Assembly (NCBI GenBank): GCA_945860895.1
Contig: CAMASK010000004.1
Coordinates: forward strand, 11,390 to 75,389
DNA length: 64,000 nucleotides
Reading direction: 5' to 3'
Source: Bacteriovorax stolpii
Lineage (GTDB): Bacteria; Bdellovibrionota; Bacteriovoracia; Bacteriovoracales; Bacteriovoracaceae
Shown: positions 38,660 to 48,026 of the stretch, in pieces
Layout of the letters: each line of letters opens with the position of its first letter
Position numbering within the stretch: the stretch's first letter is position 1
Notes under the pieces: model-generated
The model's input: the letters and a program-made list of their open reading frames with translations, nothing else
The model's database searches: none
Told to the model about the DNA's origin: nothing
Made by a program: the position numbers and the translations under genes

Positions 38660-38865
38660 AAAAGTTAGCTGATCTTTTTATTCGTTTCTATCAATTTTTT
38701 ATTTCGCCACTTTTGGGTCCGCGCTGCCGGTTCTATCCGAGCTGCTCGCAATATTCACGAGAATGCTTTAAGAAGTTTTCCTTCCCTAAAGCTTTGTGGT
38801 ATTCATCGAAGCGAATTTGCAAATGTCATCCGTATCATCCTGGAGGGGTAGATCTTATACCCTAA
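38656..38865 (+). CDS. yidD: membrane protein insertion efficiency factor
   Basis: [36 protein letters not shown]; ATG 38656 overlaps the rnpA stop. Confidence 0.95.
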   Translation: MKKLADLFIRFYQFFISPLLGPRCRFYPSCSQYSRECFKKFSFPKALWYSSKRICKCHPYHPGGVDLIP

Positions 38866-38889
38866 TCCTATGTCTTTATTGGAGAAAAA

Positions 38890-40350
38890 ATGGGTTCCGA
38901 GCAAAAAAATGCCTTTCTAGCGATCTCTCTTTCTGCCGTGATTTTATTCGGATGGCAGTACTATTTCGCGCCTAAAAAATTAGCTGATGCCCCCATAGAG
39001 GCACCTATTACGACTCAAGCCGAAAAAGAGGGAAAACCGAATATAACTCCAGCAGCTGGTCCTATAGAACCAGTAGTATCTGAAGCTTCCCGGTTCACGT
39101 TAAATCGCGGGGAAGTGTCTGTTACTTTTGATAATAATCTCATTATTAATGATTTTAAAAATCCACAAGCTGCATTTGGTTTTGCCGATACCGTTGGCTC
39201 AACTAAACCATTTAAAATCGAATTTGATTTTGGACAAGGCTTTACTTCTGCCAATGTTGCTCAGGCTGGTGATAACAAATTTTACGATGCAACTCATGAC
39301 TTAACAGTAACCACTTCTCTCGATGAGAAAGGCGCTGCTACTTTTAATGTAACTTCTCCGAAGGCTTTCCGTTATCGCATGTTATTTGTAAGTGAAGCAA
39401 AAAAACTCGAGAACGGTCAGCAACGCTTTTTCGATATCTATACTGACTCTCTAACACATCTTGATATTAATGATGAAGATTCAAAAGATCAGGCGATAAA
39501 GTGGGCAGGTATTGATTTTAACTATCATCTATTCGGAGTTTATTTCGAAAAAGAGACAAATTTAATCTATAAAAATTCCACTAACTCTACTCTTAGTATT
39601 CATTCAAACAAGTCTGAGAATGCAGTTAGCTTTAGCACAGTTTTTGTAAAAAAAGACTATGATTATCTAGCACAGCTAGGTCATAAACTTCAGAATTCTG
39701 TCGACTTCGGAATTTGGGGCTTTTTTGCGGTTTGGATTCTAAAAGGTCTTCAATTTTTCTATACATGGTTCCCTAATTACGGGATTTCAATTATTCTTCT
39801 GACTTTCCTAATTCGAATGATTACTTTTCCTCTTCAGTATAAATCAATAGTCTCAATGAAAAAGTTACAATTAGTTCAGCCTGAACTCACCAAAATTCGT
39901 GAGAAATTCAAAGATGATCCACAAAGAATGCAGAAGGAAAGCATGGAGCTTTTCAAGAAATCTGGGGCTAATCCTATTGGTGGATGCCTTCCTTTAATTC
40001 TTCAGATGCCTGTGTTTTTTGCTTTCTATAAGGTGCTAAATCACTCGGTAGAATTAGTGGGTGCTCCATTCATGTTATGGATCTATGATCTTTCAAATAA
40101 AGATCCTTATTATGTACTTCCAGTACTCATGACAATTGCTATGTTTCTACAGCAGAAGCTGACTCCGAATACTATTTCTGACCCTGTTCAAAAGAAAGTT
40201 ATGTTGTTCATGCCAGTAGTGTTTGGCTTCATTATGAAGGATCTTCCTTCAGGTCTAAGTTTGTACATTTTTGTATCAACTATCCTGGGCATTCTTCAGC
40301 AGGTATTTGTTTTCAACTCTAAGAAGAGTACTGATCCTGTAGTGGTATGA
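38890..40350 (+). CDS. yidC: membrane protein insertase YidC
   Basis: NYGISIILLTFLIR, NPIGGCLPLILQMPVFFAFY, DLSNKDPYYVLP, PSGLSLY. Confidence 0.97.
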   Translation: MGSEQKNAFLAISLSAVILFGWQYYFAPKKLADAPIEAPITTQAEKEGKPNITPAAGPIEPVVSEASRFTLNRGEVSVTFDNNLIINDFKNPQAAFGFADTVGSTKPFKIEFDFGQGFTSANVAQAGDNKFYDATHDLTVTTSLDEKGAATFNVTSPKAFRYRMLFVSEAKKLENGQQRFFDIYTDSLTHLDINDEDSKDQAIKWAGIDFNYHLFGVYFEKETNLIYKNSTNSTLSIHSNKSENAVSFSTVFVKKDYDYLAQLGHKLQNSVDFGIWGFFAVWILKGLQFFYTWFPNYGISIILLTFLIRMITFPLQYKSIVSMKKLQLVQPELTKIREKFKDDPQRMQKESMELFKKSGANPIGGCLPLILQMPVFFAFYKVLNHSVELVGAPFMLWIYDLSNKDPYYVLPVLMTIAMFLQQKLTPNTISDPVQKKVMLFMPVVFGFIMKDLPSGLSLYIFVSTILGILQQVFVFNSKKSTDPVVV

Positions 40351-41714
40351 AGTTTCTTTATTCGGATGAACCGATCATTGCCAGCAGTACATGCAATCAT
40401 GCTAATGCAGCTTTGGCGGTTATCCGAATCTCTGGTTTCAAGCACTTATCTCAATTTTTAACTTTTTTTAGTCATTCTGGTCCTATAGAACCAAGACGTG
40501 TTTATTACACCAAATTCATCTCAGGATCAGAAGTTCTAGATGATATCTGCCTTACTTATTTTGAAGGCCCAAAATCTTATAACGGCGAAAATATTCTCGA
40601 GCTTTCAATTCACGGAAACACACTCAATACGGAAAGAATTTTAAAATTCTTTATCGAGCACGCCGGCTGCAGGTTGGCTGCACCTGGTGAATTCACTTAT
40701 CGTGCTTTAAAAAATAAAAAACTTACACTATCTCAAGTTGAAGGTTTAGATTTATTTCTCAACGCTAATTCTGGATACGCTCTTGATCAAGGTCTATCTT
40801 TATTGAGTGGAAATCTTCAGGAAATTTATTCTGAACTTTATGATCTTTTTTTAAAACATAAATCGGCTCTCGAATTATCTATCGATTTTATCGATGACGT
40901 AGGGGAAGCGACTGCTAAAGGTTATTTTGATTCTTCATTGGAGAATTTTAAAAATAAATTTGAAACTCTACATCGTAGAGTTATTCCCATGGAGCATAAT
41001 TTATTACAACCAGAGCTTGTGATTGCGGGCTTACCGAATTCTGGAAAAAGTTCTTTATTTAATTTTATTTTGCGTGATGAGCGCGCGATCGTTTCTTCGA
41101 TTGCAGGTACTACTCGCGATTATCTTTCTGAAACGCTAGTTATAGAGGGTGTAAAATATAAATTGATTGATACTGCTGGAATAAGAGATGCCAGTGATGT
41201 GATTGAGGCAGAGGGAATTAAACGCACTAAACAGAAAATGCAGCATAGTTTTTTCTCAATTCTACTCGTAAATCCATTTGAGATGCGTGAAGAATTTATG
41301 GAACTTTCACAGCTAAAATTTGATGTTGTATATTTTACCCATGCCGATCTTCCTGGTTTTGATGCTGCAAAAAATAGTGTTTTAAAAATTTACCCACAAT
41401 TTGGTTCTATAGGGGCGATTTCCCTCACTAAAAACATCCACCATTTTGAAAAAGAACTGACGGATTCTATAAATATAAAATACTTATCTGTTACCAAAGA
41501 TAAACCAATTTTATTGGACAGGCATAAGTCATTGATATCACAAGTGAGTAGTCAGCTGATTATTTATGAAAAATTAGTTACTTACGAGACGGATGTAGCG
41601 ATTCTCTCCTCTGAATTAAATATCTTAGCCTCTTGTCTATCAGAGCTCCTAGGTATAGTTTCACCCGATCAAATCCTAAATTCTATTTTTTCAAATTTCT
41701 GTATTGGAAAATAG
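40347..41714 (+). CDS. mnmE: tRNA modification GTPase MnmE
   Basis: GPKSYNGE, PGEFTYRA, GLPNSGKSS, AGTTRD, DTAG, C-terminal FCIGK. Confidence 0.95.
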   Translation: MKFLYSDEPIIASSTCNHANAALAVIRISGFKHLSQFLTFFSHSGPIEPRRVYYTKFISGSEVLDDICLTYFEGPKSYNGENILELSIHGNTLNTERILKFFIEHAGCRLAAPGEFTYRALKNKKLTLSQVEGLDLFLNANSGYALDQGLSLLSGNLQEIYSELYDLFLKHKSALELSIDFIDDVGEATAKGYFDSSLENFKNKFETLHRRVIPMEHNLLQPELVIAGLPNSGKSSLFNFILRDERAIVSSIAGTTRDYLSETLVIEGVKYKLIDTAGIRDASDVIEAEGIKRTKQKMQHSFFSILLVNPFEMREEFMELSQLKFDVVYFTHADLPGFDAAKNSVLKIYPQFGSIGAISLTKNIHHFEKELTDSINIKYLSVTKDKPILLDRHKSLISQVSSQLIIYEKLVTYETDVAILSSELNILASCLSELLGIVSPDQILNSIFSNFCIGK

Positions 41715-41717
41715 ATT

Positions 41718-41733
41718 TGTTCCACGTGGAACA
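41718..41733. promoter_or_regulatory. parS centromere site 1 (mnmE-mnmG intergenic)
   Basis: Perfect palindrome TGTTCCACGTGGAACA matching the canonical parS consensus. Confidence 0.93.
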
Positions 41734-41754
41734 ATTTGGGTTTTTAGGGAACAT

Positions 41755-43602
41755 ATGACTTTTGATATTTCCATTATTGGTGGCGGACATGCTGGAATTG
41801 AAGCAGCTCATATTGCAGCTCAGTTTGGATTAAATGTTTCCATTATAACTATTCCTGGAATTGGTCTTGGCTCAGCTCCTTGCAATCCATCGGTGGGCGG
41901 AGTAGGCAAGGGCCAGGTAGTTCGCGAGCTCGATGCTCTTGGTGGACTAATGGGAATTCTCGCCGATAAATCCGGCATCCAGTTTCGTACCTTGAATGAC
42001 TCGAAAGGCTTCGCAGTTCAATCGACACGAGTACAAATTGATAAAGACCTCTACTCTCAAAGAGCGGAAGAACTCATAGCTACCATTCCAAATATTACCG
42101 TTATTCGTGAGAAAGTTTTAGAGATAAAGCCCATTGATTCTGTGTTTGAAATCATCACAACAGTCCGGTCCTATAGAACCAAAAAAGTAATTATGACAGT
42201 GGGGACCTTCCTAAATGGGAAGCTCCATACTGGTTCTGAGCAGACTATTGGTGGAAGAGTAGGATGTGATTCTTCCAGTGGATTACAGACTCTTTTCTCA
42301 GAAATTAAGACTCGTCCTTATCGATTTAAGACGGGAACTCCTCCCAGATTAGATAAAGCGACTATCGATTATTCTAAGCTTGAAGAGCAGCCATCTGATT
42401 CTACAGTGAGAAACTTTCATTGTTTGCATGATCCCTTTACCCGTTTTTCTGTCCAGGCTTCTTGTTATTTGGCTCGTACAAATCCAGAAACTATGGACAT
42501 TATCAGAAACAATAAAGAAAAAAGCCCAATTTTTAATGGGCAAATTAAAGGTGTAGGGGCTCGTTATTGTCCCTCTATTGAGGACAAAGCTTTCCGTTAT
42601 CCAGATAAAAATGTTCATCATGTTTTCATTGAACCAGAAGGTTTAGAGCTCGATACAATGTATCCTTCAGGCATTTCTTCTTCACTTCCAAAGGAAGTTC
42701 AGCTGGATTATGTCCGTTCAATTGAGGGATTAGAGGAAGCTGAGATTAAAGTTTATGGATACGCTGTTGAGTATGACGTTATTGATACGACAGATTTAAA
42801 ACTCACACTTGAACACGTTCAGATCCCAAATTTATACTTCGCGGGCCAGGTAAATGGCACTTCTGGATACGAAGAAGCTGCTGGCCAAGGTTTTATTGCT
42901 GGTGCAAACGCTGCTGTATCTATCCTAGGCTTAGATCCTTTAATTTTGAGTAGGCACGAGAGTTATATTGGAGTGATGATTGAGGATTTGACCTCTAATA
43001 CTCGAGATGAACCTTATCGTCTTTTCACTGCAAGATCAGAAAATAGACTTTTTATTCGTGAAGACAATAGTCTTTTGCGAATGTTTCCTTATCGTAGTCA
43101 GTTTCTTTTAAATTCTGCGATTGATTCCTATCAAAGAAACTTCATTGAAAGCTATGAAGAACTCATGGAGTTTTGTGATGTAACTATGATTCCGGAATAT
43201 TCTCCTTTAATGGAAGAATTTTCAGGTGAAGGTGAATTGCAAAAACTGACTAGGCGTATGTCAGTTTCAGAAATTCTTCGTCAAGCGTGGCTAAATCCCA
43301 TAAATACTCTCGAGACAGTGCTTACCCACCATGGGGTTACACTGAAACACGATTTAATCCGAACTGTAGCCATTTCTAAGAAATATGACGGTTACATCAA
43401 GCGTTCGGACTTCCAATTTGAGAAATTGAAGAAAATGGACTCTATGAAGTTAAATTGGGAAACCGTTTGTGGTTCAGCCAATATTTCTTTTGAGTGTCGG
43501 CAGCGAATTGCCCGTATAAAGCCAGAAACTTTTGGACAGTTAAAACTTATTGAGGGAATTCGTCCCGCCACTTTAGCAGTAATAGCAGCAAAGGCACTTT
43601 AA
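41755..43602 (+). CDS. mnmG: tRNA uridine-5-carboxymethylaminomethyl modification enzyme MnmG (GidA)
   Basis: IIGGGHAGIEAA, CNPSVGG, FKTGTPPR, RYCPSIEDK, AGQVNGTSGYEEAAGQG. Start at ATG 41755 (RBS AGGG). Confidence 0.97.
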   Translation: MTFDISIIGGGHAGIEAAHIAAQFGLNVSIITIPGIGLGSAPCNPSVGGVGKGQVVRELDALGGLMGILADKSGIQFRTLNDSKGFAVQSTRVQIDKDLYSQRAEELIATIPNITVIREKVLEIKPIDSVFEIITTVRSYRTKKVIMTVGTFLNGKLHTGSEQTIGGRVGCDSSSGLQTLFSEIKTRPYRFKTGTPPRLDKATIDYSKLEEQPSDSTVRNFHCLHDPFTRFSVQASCYLARTNPETMDIIRNNKEKSPIFNGQIKGVGARYCPSIEDKAFRYPDKNVHHVFIEPEGLELDTMYPSGISSSLPKEVQLDYVRSIEGLEEAEIKVYGYAVEYDVIDTTDLKLTLEHVQIPNLYFAGQVNGTSGYEEAAGQGFIAGANAAVSILGLDPLILSRHESYIGVMIEDLTSNTRDEPYRLFTARSENRLFIREDNSLLRMFPYRSQFLLNSAIDSYQRNFIESYEELMEFCDVTMIPEYSPLMEEFSGEGELQKLTRRMSVSEILRQAWLNPINTLETVLTHHGVTLKHDLIRTVAISKKYDGYIKRSDFQFEKLKKMDSMKLNWETVCGSANISFECRQRIARIKPETFGQLKLIEGIRPATLAVIAAKAL

Positions 43603-43603
43603 G

Positions 43604-44239
43604 ATGTTGGATTTTTCCGTACGTTATCTCAACATATTAAAAACAAAACTCGCTGGTCTTAATCTCACAAACATCCTGGATCCAGATGAGTTTTATCACA
43701 AGCAAATTCTAGATTCGATTAATCCTTATCTAGAATCTAGGCTCTTCCAGGAAGATGTAAAGAAAACGGGAATTATAGTTGATGTAGGTTTTGGTGGGGG
43801 GTTTCCAATTCTTCCACTCGCTAAACTACTTCCAGACGTTAAATTCGTTGGAGTAGAGTCAAAAAGAAAAAAAGTAGATGCTGTTAAATTAATTGCTGAA
43901 GAGCTGGGTCTTACTAATGTGAAATTAGTTCATTCCAGACTGGAAGATTTCTATTTCGATGTTCCTGCTACAATTACCTTCAAAGCAGTGGGAACAATTG
44001 GAGATTACCTTCCAATTATTAATCGTAAAGATAAGGTTAAAGTCTTCTTCTATAAGGGTCCTAGCTTTCAAGAATTAGAGGGCGAACAAATAAAAAAACT
44101 CGAAATAAACTGGAAATTAATTGAGAATCAGCAAATTAAAGTGCCTGGAACTCAAGAACGCTATTTAATTTCATTTCAAGCCCAAAATGTTCCACGTGGA
44201 ACAGTTAAAACCCTTGTCAAACTCAGCGACTTTCTCTAA
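43604..44239 (+). CDS. rsmG: 16S rRNA m7G527 methyltransferase RsmG (GidB)
   Basis: HKQILDS, VDVGFGGGFP, VESKRKK; position between mnmG and parA. Confidence 0.9.
   Translation: MLDFSVRYLNILKTKLAGLNLTNILDPDEFYHKQILDSINPYLESRLFQEDVKKTGIIVDVGFGGGFPILPLAKLLPDVKFVGVESKRKKVDAVKLIAEELGLTNVKLVHSRLEDFYFDVPATITFKAVGTIGDYLPIINRKDKVKVFFYKGPSFQELEGEQIKKLEINWKLIENQQIKVPGTQERYLISFQAQNVPRGTVKTLVKLSDFL
44188..44203. promoter_or_regulatory. parS centromere site 2 (inside the rsmG 3' end)
   Basis: Perfect TGTTCCACGTGGAACA, read as N-V-P-R-G-T in RsmG. Confidence 0.93.
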
Positions 44240-44275
44240 AACTAGAGCTCCAGATCATACTTTGTGAGGACATAA

Positions 44276-45121
44276 ATGACTAAAATCATTGCGATTACCA
44301 ACCAGAAAGGTGGAGTAGGAAAGACAACTACTTCTGTTAACTTAAGCGCATGTCTCGCTGCAGCAGAAAAAAGGACACTTCTAATCGATCTTGATCCTCA
44401 AGGCAATGCCAGTTCTTGTTTAGGCATGGATAAAGAATCGTTTACCAAAGCCAATATTTATCATGCATTGATCAACGAAGAAAATTTCGAAAACTGTATA
44501 TATAAGACAGAACTTCCACTTTTGGATGTTTGTCCTTCAAATAATGACTTGGTTGGTGCTGAACTTGAACTCGTTCATATGTTTGCACGTGAATCAAAAT
44601 TAAAAGTTGCTCTTGAAGCAATTCAAAACAAATACGATTACATCATTATTGATTGTGCTCCTTCATTGAATCTTTTAACTGTGAATGCTTTCACTGCTGC
44701 TCACACTTATCTTGTTCCAATGCAGACTGAATATCTAGCAATGGAAGGTCTGTCTCAGCTATTAAATACAGTTCGACTAATCCGCGCTTCATTGAATCCA
44801 AGATTAACTCTAGAGGGCATTCTTCTTACTATGTATGACTCTCGTAACAATCTTTGCAAATTAGTTGCAAACGATCTGATGGCCCACTTTAAAGATGATA
44901 TAATGAAATCCATCATTCCGAGAAATGTGAAACTCTCTGAGTGCACTAGCTTTGGAAAACCTATAATTCTTTACGATATTACCTCAAAAGGAAGTGAGGC
45001 TTATTTATCTCTAGCAAGAGAACTTATTCTCAAGTCTGAGAAGAAACCTGAGTCACCCCAGGTTAAGCTGCCTATTAACTCTCAAATTCCAAAATTTGAA
45101 GATTACCAAGTTAATCCTTAG
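44276..45121 (+). CDS. parA: chromosome partitioning ATPase ParA/Soj
   Basis: NQKGGVGKTT, DLDPQGNA, IDCAP, IPRNVKLSE. Confidence 0.96.
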   Translation: MTKIIAITNQKGGVGKTTTSVNLSACLAAAEKRTLLIDLDPQGNASSCLGMDKESFTKANIYHALINEENFENCIYKTELPLLDVCPSNNDLVGAELELVHMFARESKLKVALEAIQNKYDYIIIDCAPSLNLLTVNAFTAAHTYLVPMQTEYLAMEGLSQLLNTVRLIRASLNPRLTLEGILLTMYDSRNNLCKLVANDLMAHFKDDIMKSIIPRNVKLSECTSFGKPIILYDITSKGSEAYLSLARELILKSEKKPESPQVKLPINSQIPKFEDYQVNP

Positions 45122-45132
45122 GAGAAATTGTT

Positions 45133-46035
45133 ATGCAAAAGAAACCCATCCAGCTCGGTAAAGGTATGGCCGCTCTCTTAGGAAATAATCCTGGTGGCTA
45201 CTCTAACGAAACATCTGCCCCTATAGAGGCAAAAAAAGAATTTCAAATCGAAACTCAACCCATGCTGGTTGATATAGATAAGATTGTTGCGAATAAATCT
45301 CAGCCAAGAAAAATTTTCAAAGAAAAAGAACTTCTTGAGCTTGCTGATTCAATAAAAGAAAATGGAATTATTCAGCCTCTTATCGTTCATGAAAAAGACG
45401 GTGTGTTTGAAATAGTAGCAGGAGAAAGAAGATACCGCGCTTCTAAGCTTGCTGGATTAACAAAAGTACCAGTTGTCGTAAAGCGTGTGACTAAGAAAGA
45501 TGTCCTGGTTATGTCGATTATCGAGAACGTTCAGCGCTCTGACTTAAACTGCGTTGAAGAAGCACTTTCATATTTTCAATTAATGAATGAGTTTGAACTT
45601 ACCCAAGAAGAAGTAGCGAAAAAAATAGGTAAAGAGCGTTCAACAATTGCTAATTACCTTCGTATTTTAAAACTACCGAAGGGAGTTATTGTTTCGATCC
45701 AGAAAGAGCTCTTAAGCTTTGGTCATGCCAAAGTATTAGTTAGTATGAATGACGATGAATTAACCAAACGTCTAGCCAATGAAGTAATCTCAAAAAATCT
45801 TTCTGTAAGAGAATTGGAAGATTTGGTTAAAAACTCAAAGAAAAAAATCAAACCGGTAGCGAGCAATAATAATAAATTTATAGCTGAGCAGTACACACAA
45901 CTTAAAAATAAACTGGAACAGAAAACAGGCCTTCATTTTAATGTAAAAGCTAAAAAGCATGGTGCCGGTGAAATAGTTATTAAATTTGGCAATGAAGCTG
46001 AATTCAATGATATATTCAGTTATCTGATGAAATAG
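45133..46035 (+). CDS. parB: chromosome partitioning CTPase ParB/Spo0J
   Basis: QPRKIF, GIIQPLIV, AGERRYRAS, ENVQRSDL, HTH GKERSTIANYLR. Confidence 0.97.
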   Translation: MQKKPIQLGKGMAALLGNNPGGYSNETSAPIEAKKEFQIETQPMLVDIDKIVANKSQPRKIFKEKELLELADSIKENGIIQPLIVHEKDGVFEIVAGERRYRASKLAGLTKVPVVVKRVTKKDVLVMSIIENVQRSDLNCVEEALSYFQLMNEFELTQEEVAKKIGKERSTIANYLRILKLPKGVIVSIQKELLSFGHAKVLVSMNDDELTKRLANEVISKNLSVRELEDLVKNSKKKIKPVASNNNKFIAEQYTQLKNKLEQKTGLHFNVKAKKHGAGEIVIKFGNEAEFNDIFSYLMK

Positions 46036-46053
46036 TCCTGATGGGGTAGCGAT

Positions 46054-46389
46054 TTGGCTAAAAAAAATGATATTTGTGCCATTATTGAAGAAGGTTGCAA
46101 GTTTGAAGGTAACCTTTCATTTAGCGGTACAGTGCGTATCGCTGGTTATGTTAACGGTAGTATTTTTTCCAATGACACGCTGATTATTTCTGAGGGTGCT
46201 GTCATTAACGCAGATATTAACGCAAATATCGTAATTATTTCAGGATCAGTGAAAGGAACTATTAAAGCCTCTTCTCGAGTAGAAATTAGACGCCCTGCAA
46301 GATTTGAGGGAACTGTGACATCCCCGAGTTTAATTGTAGAAGAAGGCGTTATTTTCCACGGTATTACTAAGATGAAAGACAAAAAATAG
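46054..46389 (+). CDS. bactofilin (polymer-forming cytoskeletal protein)
   Basis: IIEEGCKFEGNLSFSGTVRIAGYVNGSI...VKGTIKASSRVEI...FEGTV beta-helix pattern; TTG start with GGGG RBS. Confidence 0.92.
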   Translation: MAKKNDICAIIEEGCKFEGNLSFSGTVRIAGYVNGSIFSNDTLIISEGAVINADINANIVIISGSVKGTIKASSRVEIRRPARFEGTVTSPSLIVEEGVIFHGITKMKDKK

Positions 46390-46401
46390 TACCCAAATTT
46401 C

Positions 46402-46430
46402 TTGACTGTATAGACCCCTACGCTTAAAAA
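46402..46430 (+). promoter_or_regulatory. possible sigma70 promoter for atpF'
   Basis: TTGACT-17nt-TAAAAA in the bactofilin-atpF' gap. Confidence 0.45.
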
Positions 46431-46470
46431 ATTATCTAAATTAAATTCAATCCAAATCCAAGGTATGTTT

Positions 46471-46902
46471 ATGGAAATATTCACACAATTAGGTGTCGAC
46501 TCGTCGCTTACTTACCAATTCGTCATTTTGGTTGTTGTTTTTATTCTCGCTAATTTTATTTTCTTAGGAAAACTTCAAGAAGTTCTTGAAGTAAGGGAAG
46601 AAAAAACGGTTAAGCTTGAAAATTCTGCTGATGAAATTATTGAGAAAGTTTCAAATATGCAGAGTGAATATAAAATAAAAATTGATGAAGCCAATCGCGT
46701 TGCACTTAAAGTTTCTACTGATAAAAAACAATCGATTACTCAAAAATATACTGACCAGTACAAACAATCTGAAAAAGAAGTGAATCATTTAGTGGATACA
46801 GCTCGCAATGAATTCAGCAAAGAAATTGCTGGAAATAAAACGAAGTATCTTGCCGAGTCTGAAGCTTTGGCTGAAACTCTCGTTCAGAAAATTGTTCAAT
46901 AA
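46471..46902 (+). CDS. ATP synthase F0 subunit b'
   Basis: N-terminal TM followed by coiled coil; first of two b-type genes. RBS AAGGT favours ATG 46471 over 46465. Confidence 0.88.
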   Translation: MEIFTQLGVDSSLTYQFVILVVVFILANFIFLGKLQEVLEVREEKTVKLENSADEIIEKVSNMQSEYKIKIDEANRVALKVSTDKKQSITQKYTDQYKQSEKEVNHLVDTARNEFSKEIAGNKTKYLAESEALAETLVQKIVQ

Positions 46903-46913
46903 GGATATAAGAT

Positions 46914-47462
46914 ATGCGTTTTTGGACTGCTTACGCTTTTATTGCTCTTAGTGTTGTTGCGAAAGCCCACGGGTCAGATGGTGGAGAACACCACACACCC
47001 TCTCTCTCAAGCTTAATTGCACCAACTATCAACGTTGCCATTCTTTTTGCTGTTTTGATTTATTTTACAAAAGATAAGTTGAAAGGTTACTTTATTTCTA
47101 AGTCAGATCAAGTTGCCAATACTCTTGACCGCGCTAACATCAAATCTAAAGAAGCACAACTCATGCTTGATACTCAAAAGCGTAAGATGGCCAATCTTGA
47201 AACAGAAGTAAAAAACATCAACCAGCAAACTGAAACTGATGTTTTAACTTATAAAAAGAAGCTTTCAAAAGATGTGGAAGATAAGATTGGAAAGCTTAAA
47301 GTTGATGCTGCCTCAAAAGTTCAAGCTGATAAAAAAGCCATGATGAATGATTTGAACGCTGAACTTCTTGAGCAAGTAATTGCGAAAACAAAATCAACAA
47401 TCAAAAACAATAAAGATTTCCAAGGAAAAGTTTCTTCGAAAATGTTGCAAGGATTACAATAA
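46914..47462 (+). CDS. atpF: ATP synthase F0 subunit b
   Basis: INVAILFAVLIYFTKDKL TM, long coiled coil; N-terminal extension with His patch. Confidence 0.9.
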   Translation: MRFWTAYAFIALSVVAKAHGSDGGEHHTPSLSSLIAPTINVAILFAVLIYFTKDKLKGYFISKSDQVANTLDRANIKSKEAQLMLDTQKRKMANLETEVKNINQQTETDVLTYKKKLSKDVEDKIGKLKVDAASKVQADKKAMMNDLNAELLEQVIAKTKSTIKNNKDFQGKVSSKMLQGLQ

Positions 47463-48001
47463 TGAAAGAGCAATTAGTTGCAAAAGTTTACGCCAAATCA
47501 ATTCTTGAACTTGGTGATGATCAGAATCTAAAGATTGCTGATGAAATGATCAAATTAACTGAAGTGATAAATAAGTCTAATGATCTTGAGAACGTTTTGT
47601 TTTTAGACGTTTTCACGATGGAAGAAAAGAAGGCTATTTTTATTGAAGTAGCTAAAAAGCTTTCACTTTCAACGCTTGCCACTGAAGCTGTTAAATACTT
47701 AATCGATGAAAAACGAATTGGAATTCTTCCTCTCATAATTAAAGAAATCATCGTTATTGATGATGAGAGAAGAGGTTTCATGAAAGGAACGATTGAAGGC
47801 AATAGTGCTGAAATTGATCCTGTTTTTAAAACAAAAATTGAAACATTTCTGAAGAAAAAAATTGGTCGTGAGCCACAATTGTCTTACATTCAAAACTCTA
47901 AAATCAGTGCTGGTTATAAAGTGACTGTTGAAGATCTTCAGCTAGATGCTTCTATAGATAATCAATTAGAACAATTTAAACAATCAATTCTTAGCGAATA
48001 A
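47462..48001 (+). CDS. atpH: ATP synthase F1 delta subunit
   Basis: VAKVYAKSIL, LIDEKRIGILP, QLDASIDNQL; position before atpA. Confidence 0.92.
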   Translation: MKEQLVAKVYAKSILELGDDQNLKIADEMIKLTEVINKSNDLENVLFLDVFTMEEKKAIFIEVAKKLSLSTLATEAVKYLIDEKRIGILPLIIKEIIVIDDERRGFMKGTIEGNSAEIDPVFKTKIETFLKKKIGREPQLSYIQNSKISAGYKVTVEDLQLDASIDNQLEQFKQSILSE

Positions 48002-48026
48002 TAAACCCTAAAGGGAAGGAACTCTG

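Noticed and set aside
41704-41754. N-terminal extension of MnmG (MENRFVPRGT...)
   Set aside because: It is the translated parS/intergenic sequence; family similarity begins at ATG 41755.
44581-44596. Degenerate parS-like GTTTGCACGTGAATCA inside parA, and TATTTCACGTGACAGT at 5888 in serS
   Set aside because: Four mismatches each to the consensus; only one good half-site.
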